A stretch of 64,000 nt of DNA from Candidatus Eiseniibacteriota bacterium (lineage in GTDB: Bacteria; Joyebacterota; Joyebacteria; Joyebacterales; Joyebacteraceae), in assembly GCA_043819135.1 (NCBI GenBank), contig JBDRFG010000033.1, positions 741-64,740 on the forward strand, in the 5' to 3' direction. Shown in pieces: positions 60,240-64,000 of this stretch. The notes beneath the pieces are model-generated. The model ran no database searches. It saw only the letters and a list, made by a program, of their open reading frames with translations, and was not told where the DNA came from. The stretch's first letter is position 1; every line of letters begins with the position of its first letter. The position numbers and the translations under genes are program-made.

Positions 60240-61622
60240 TTAAGAGACAGAGCGTCTTGGGGGCGCGAGGATCTCGAGGCGCTTCATTTTCCGCCACAGA
60301 GTAGTCTTGTGAATCCCCAGCTCGCGCGCGGTGGCGGCGCGGTGCCACCGGTTGCGCTCGAGCACGGACAGTAGGAACGCGCGCTCGGCCTCAGAGAGAG
60401 ACGTCGGAGTGTCACCTGTGGGTGGAGGAATGGGAAGGAGGTGGGCAGGGAGATGCCGTTTCCGAATGGTGCCGGAACGGCACATGACGAACGCGTGCTC
60501 GATAATATTTTCGAGCTCACGAATGTTGCCGGGATAGTCGTGCATCATCAGAAGTTCTAGAACGTCGGGGGAGACCCCGGAGATCTCCTTCCGCTTGAGC
60601 CGGTTGTAACTCTCGATGAAATGGTCGACGAGGAGCGGGACGTCCTCGCGGCGGTCGCGGAGAGGCGGGAGATTCACGGCGATGACGTTGATGCGGTAGT
60701 AAAGATCGCCGCGGAATTCCCCGGTGGCGACCATGGCGTCGAGGTCGCGGTTGGTCGCCGCGACTACGCGGACGTCGGCCTTCTCCGTCCTGGTAGCCCC
60801 CAGGGGCTCGTAGGTGCCATCCTGAAGAACCCTGAGAAGGCGCGCCTGGAGCGCGGGGGAGACGTCGCCGATCTCGTCGAGGAATATCGTTCCCCCGTGT
60901 GCGAGCGCGAAGCGGCCCACTCTGTCCTTCCTGGCGTCAGTGAAGGAGCCGGCCTTGTGACCGAAGAGTTCCGATTCGAGAAGCGTGTCAGGGATGGCGG
61001 CGCAGTTGACGATAACGAGCGGACGTTCGGCGCGAGGGCTCATGTTGTGGATGGCTCGCGCGACCAGCTCCTTGCCCGTTCCACTCTCCCCCAGGATCAG
61101 GACAGTGCTCTCGCTCTCGGCGATGTCGGGGAGGATCTCGAAGATGCGGAGTACGTCCGTGTTCTTGCTGACCATGTCCTCGAACATGTAGCGTCCGGCC
61201 AGCTCGCGTCGGAGCTCTTCCTCGACGCTGAGGTCCCTGAACGTCTCCACGCCTCCGATGGTCTGGCCGTTGTCATCCTTGAGGAGGGCCGTGGAGATGG
61301 TGACGGGAATGCGCGTTCCATCAGAGCGAACGATGTAGATGGCGCGGTTGATGAGGGGCCTGCCCGTCTTCATGGTCTCTCTCAAGGCGCAGGCGGACTC
61401 GCAGATGCTGGCGCGAAATACGTCGGAGCACTGGCGTCCCATCGCCTCCTCGCGAGAAATGCCCGTTATCTCCTCGGCGGCGCGGTTGAAAGAGCAGATC
61501 CTCCAGTCGGCGTCGATTGCGAAGACCCCGTCCGCGATGCTGTCGAGGATCACGTTCTTGTAGCGTCCGCTCTCGAGTAGCTTCCCGAGGTCGCACGGGT
61601 TCTGTCCCGGGGGATGTGACAT
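60240..61622 (-). CDS. sigma-54-dependent transcriptional activator (PAS - AAA+ - Fis-type HTH)
   Basis: N-terminal PAS domain. Walker A GESGTGKE. ELFGHKAGSFTDA (a GAFTGA-loop variant). RREDV arginine-finger region. C-terminal HTH (ATARELGIHKTTLWRKMKRL). Confidence 0.9.
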   Translation of the reverse strand: MSHPPGQNPCDLGKLLESGRYKNVILDSIADGVFAIDADWRICSFNRAAEEITGISREEAMGRQCSDVFRASICESACALRETMKTGRPLINRAIYIVRSDGTRIPVTISTALLKDDNGQTIGGVETFRDLSVEEELRRELAGRYMFEDMVSKNTDVLRIFEILPDIAESESTVLILGESGTGKELVARAIHNMSPRAERPLVIVNCAAIPDTLLESELFGHKAGSFTDARKDRVGRFALAHGGTIFLDEIGDVSPALQARLLRVLQDGTYEPLGATRTEKADVRVVAATNRDLDAMVATGEFRGDLYYRINVIAVNLPPLRDRREDVPLLVDHFIESYNRLKRKEISGVSPDVLELLMMHDYPGNIRELENIIEHAFVMCRSGTIRKRHLPAHLLPIPPPTGDTPTSLSEAERAFLLSVLERNRWHRAATARELGIHKTTLWRKMKRLEILAPPRRSVS

Positions 61623-61657
61623 GCTGGCTCCTGCGCGTACGGGCGAGAGTGACGACG

Positions 61658-61673
61658 GTTGCAGAAGTGCAAC
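61658..61673. promoter_or_regulatory. perfect palindrome GTTGCA-gaag-TGCAAC (candidate operator/UAS)
   Basis: Read directly from the sequence. It lies 36 nt upstream of the EBP start codon, in the divergent intergenic region shared with the P-type ATPase gene. Confidence 0.45.
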
Positions 61674-61730
61674 TCACCTTCAGACTACCCCAGTCGTGAG
61701 GCAAGGTCAAGGCGGCGATGGGGCGGGTGC

Positions 61731-61759
61731 TTGACTTCGGGCAGGTGAGCGTCTATGAG
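61731..61759 (+). promoter_or_regulatory. candidate sigma-70 promoter for the P-type ATPase
   Basis: TTGACT-N17-TATGAG, about 100 nt upstream of ATG 61863. The leader contains a GCGCGGCG-N8-CGCCGCGC hairpin (61773-61796). Confidence 0.35.
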
Positions 61760-61862
61760 TCGTTGCTGGAGTGCGCGGCGGTTCGGATCGCCGCGCGCGA
61801 AGATATGAATCCCGCGTGCCCTAACGGGCGGGTGCGCGTCACCGGTCGAGGAGCACTACAGC

Positions 61863-64000
61863 ATGCCTGAACGCCAGTACTTCCAGATGACGGTCCAGGA
61901 GGCCCTGGACTCCCTCGGCACTACGCCCAAGGGCCTTCCACGGCAGGAGGCCGAGAAGCGGGCGAAGGAGTTCGGCCCCAATGAACTCACGGCCGAACTC
62001 AAGATGCCGAAGTGGTTGCTCTTCCTGTCGCAGTTCAAGGATCTTCTGGTCCTGATCCTGATCATTGCTGCCGTCATCTCCTTCACGATCGGCAGCGTGC
62101 GCGACGGCGCCGTCATGATCGCCATCGTGGTGGTCAACGCCATCATCGGTTTCGTGCAGGAGTACAAGGCCGAGCGGATAGTAGACAGCCTCAAGAGGCT
62201 CATCAGCTCACCGGCCAAGGTGATGGTGGACGGCGAGCTGTCTGAAGTTTCCCAGGAGAAGCTCGTCCCTGGAGACATCGTCCACGTGGAGGCCGGAGAC
62301 CGCATCCCCGCGGACTTGAGGATCATAGAATCGTTCGACCTCAGGACCAATGACTTCTCGCTGACGGGCGAGTCCACCCCGCAGGGCAAGAGCACGACCG
62401 CCATCGAGGAGGCCGCGGTCATCGGTGACAGGGACAACATGGCGCACGTGGGAACCACGGTGGCGGCCGGGACCGCGACGGGCGTTGTGGTCGCGACCGG
62501 CATGAACACCGAGATGGGCAAGATCGCGAACATGACCCAGGAGACCGCGGAGACGCAGTCTCCCCTGGAGAAGGAGCTGGGCGCTCTCGCGCGCTGGCTC
62601 ACGACCATTGTCGCCGTAATAGGCACCGTGCTGTTCGTGGTCGCTATGTGGCAGGGGTTCGGGCTTCTCACCAGCATGATCTACGCGCTCGGCATTGCCG
62701 TCGCTCTCGTGCCGCAGGCGCTGCCCGCTCAGGTGACGATAGCCATGTCCGCGACGAGCAAACGGCTCGCGGAGCAGCGGGCGGTGGTGAAGAGCCTGCC
62801 CGCCGTCGAGACGCTGGGATCGACCAGCGTCATCTGCACCGACAAGACCGGCACGCTCACCAAGAACGAGATGACAGTCACCAGGGTGTGGTTCAACGGC
62901 AAGAAGTTCTCGATGACGGGCGTAGGATACGAGCCGACGGGCGAGATCCTGGGAGAGGACGGAAAGGCGCTCACGCAGGAGCAGGTCGGCGAGATAGAGA
63001 TAATGATGGACGCGGCGACCATGGCGTCCAACGCGGAGATACATCAACCGGACGAAGAGCACGACGGCTGGTACCCGGTGGGCGACCCTACGGAAGCGGC
63101 GTTAGTGGCGATGTCCACCAAGCTAGGGACGCGCTCGCCGACCGAAGATGAGGAGAACCCCGAGCTGCAGGAGTTTCCGTTCGACTCGGAGCGCAAGCGC
63201 ATGAGCTCGGTCCGCGTGTTCGGCGAGCACAAGCAGCTGGCGATGAAGGGCGCCACCGACGGCGTGCTCGCGATCAGCAAGTCGATCTATCGCGACGGCA
63301 AGGCTGTCCCCATCACCGACGAGGACCGCGCCAGGATATCCGAGGTGGCGGACGAGTACGCGAAGAACGCCCTCAGGGTCCTTGCGATAGCATTCCGTCC
63401 CCTCGGCACGGACGACCGCGACTACACGATGGAAGAGGTCGAGCGGGACGTGACGTTCCTTGGGCTCGCGGGCATGATCGATCCCCCAAAGGAAGGCGTC
63501 AAGGAAGCGATCGCGGAGTGTCACGCCGCGAAGATACGTACGTTCATCATGACGGGCGACCACGCGATCACGGCTCAGGCGGTCGGCAGAGAGATCGGTC
63601 TGGCACAAGATGGCGAAGTTCCCCTGGTGATCACGGGCCAGGAACTCCACTCGATGAGCGATTCCAGGCTGACGACGCTGATGGAAGAGAGCGAAGCGAT
63701 GATCTTCTCTCGCGTCGACCCTGAGGACAAGCTCCGCATCGTAAGGTTGCTCGAGAACGCGGGCGAGGTCGTCGCGGTTACAGGCGACGGGGTCAATGAC
63801 GCTCCCGCCCTCAAACGCGCCGACATCGGCGTGGCCATGGGCAAGATCGGCACGGACGTGGCCAAGGAGGCGTCGGAGCTGGTGCTTCTTGACGACAGCT
63901 TTCCGACGCTTGTCGAAGCCGTGCGCGAGGGGAGGACCATCTACGACAACCTCAAGAAGACGGTTCTCGCTTCCATGACCACCAATGCGGCGGAACTGGT
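61863..64000 (+). CDS. P2-type cation-transporting ATPase (Ca2+-ATPase-like), 3'-truncated by window end
   Basis: Not in the ORF track because there is no stop in the window. I translated frame 0 from ATG 61863 (GAGGAG 9 nt upstream) to the window end without meeting a stop. Motifs seen: LTGES, PADLR, ICTDKTGTLTKNEMTV, MKGATD, DPPK, MTGD, GDGVNDAPALKRADIGVAMG. Confidence 0.9.
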   Translation, partial: MPERQYFQMTVQEALDSLGTTPKGLPRQEAEKRAKEFGPNELTAELKMPKWLLFLSQFKDLLVLILIIAAVISFTIGSVRDGAVMIAIVVVNAIIGFVQEYKAERIVDSLKRLISSPAKVMVDGELSEVSQEKLVPGDIVHVEAGDRIPADLRIIESFDLRTNDFSLTGESTPQGKSTTAIEEAAVIGDRDNMAHVGTTVAAGTATGVVVATGMNTEMGKIANMTQETAETQSPLEKELGALARWLTTIVAVIGTVLFVVAMWQGFGLLTSMIYALGIAVALVPQALPAQVTIAMSATSKRLAEQRAVVKSLPAVETLGSTSVICTDKTGTLTKNEMTVTRVWFNGKKFSMTGVGYEPTGEILGEDGKALTQEQVGEIEIMMDAATMASNAEIHQPDEEHDGWYPVGDPTEAALVAMSTKLGTRSPTEDEENPELQEFPFDSERKRMSSVRVFGEHKQLAMKGATDGVLAISKSIYRDGKAVPITDEDRARISEVADEYAKNALRVLAIAFRPLGTDDRDYTMEEVERDVTFLGLAGMIDPPKEGVKEAIAECHAAKIRTFIMTGDHAITAQAVGREIGLAQDGEVPLVITGQELHSMSDSRLTTLMEESEAMIFSRVDPEDKLRIVRLLENAGEVVAVTGDGVNDAPALKRADIGVAMGKIGTDVAKEASELVLLDDSFPTLVEAVREGRTIYDNLKKTVLASMTTNAAEL

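Overview
GC-rich chromosomal segment with strong third-codon-position GC bias, so long spurious antisense ORFs are common. It comes from a diderm (outer-membrane-bearing) bacterium that uses canonical SD sites, TTGACx-N17/18-TAxAAT promoters and sigma-54 promoters. I support about 50 protein genes. I saw no rRNA, tRNA, CRISPR array, transposase, integrase or toxin-antitoxin pair, so this looks like core chromosome rather than a mobile island. All family assignments come from reading motifs by eye, not from searches.

Gene content, left to right:
- cupin, divergent from an OmpA-like protein with thrombospondin-type-3 repeats
- a sigma-54-promoted REC*-GGDEF-REC regulator
- orphan lipoproteins
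- a DUF364 / PLP-decarboxylase / lipoprotein operon
- MoxR-DUF58-BatA(vWA)
- mfd, three parvulin PPIases (the last surA-like), an S4 protein and pdxA
- holB, PSP1, metG, a TatD::radical-SAM fusion and rsmA
- an outer-membrane barrel plus two paralogous lipoproteins
- a Thr-type sulfatase-fold enzyme, a polytopic membrane protein and a YibQ-like deacetylase
- pdxJ, a methyltransferase and secDF
- an EIIA(Ntr)-like protein plus a CPA2 antiporter
- DUF4159, a giant coiled-coil membrane protein, a TPR protein and a secreted protein
- a 2TM protein, an SPL-like radical SAM protein, and ECF sigma / anti-sigma / YbjQ
- a lipoprotein
- a six-gene minus-strand operon (two NifX-like proteins, DUF5320, two MinD-like ATPases with 2x[4Fe-4S] inserts, and an Mrp/NBP35::NifX fusion) directly downstream of a PAS sigma-54 enhancer-binding protein
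- a 3'-truncated P2-type cation ATPase. This gene is missing from the ORF track because it runs off the window.

The most interesting candidate system is the sigma-54/EBP-controlled NifX-like/MinD-ferredoxin/Mrp/DUF5320 metallocluster-type operon. No nitrogenase genes are in view. It has a recognisable promoter/UAS architecture, and the same dyad recurs upstream of the regulator gene.

Secondary points:
- a TatD::radical-SAM gene fusion
- a decarboxylase whose conserved N-terminus lies upstream of any canonical start codon and directly after an in-frame TAG
- a split MoxR/vWA (Bat-like) system
- three good sigma-54 promoters
- a C8G8 perfect palindrome between two genes
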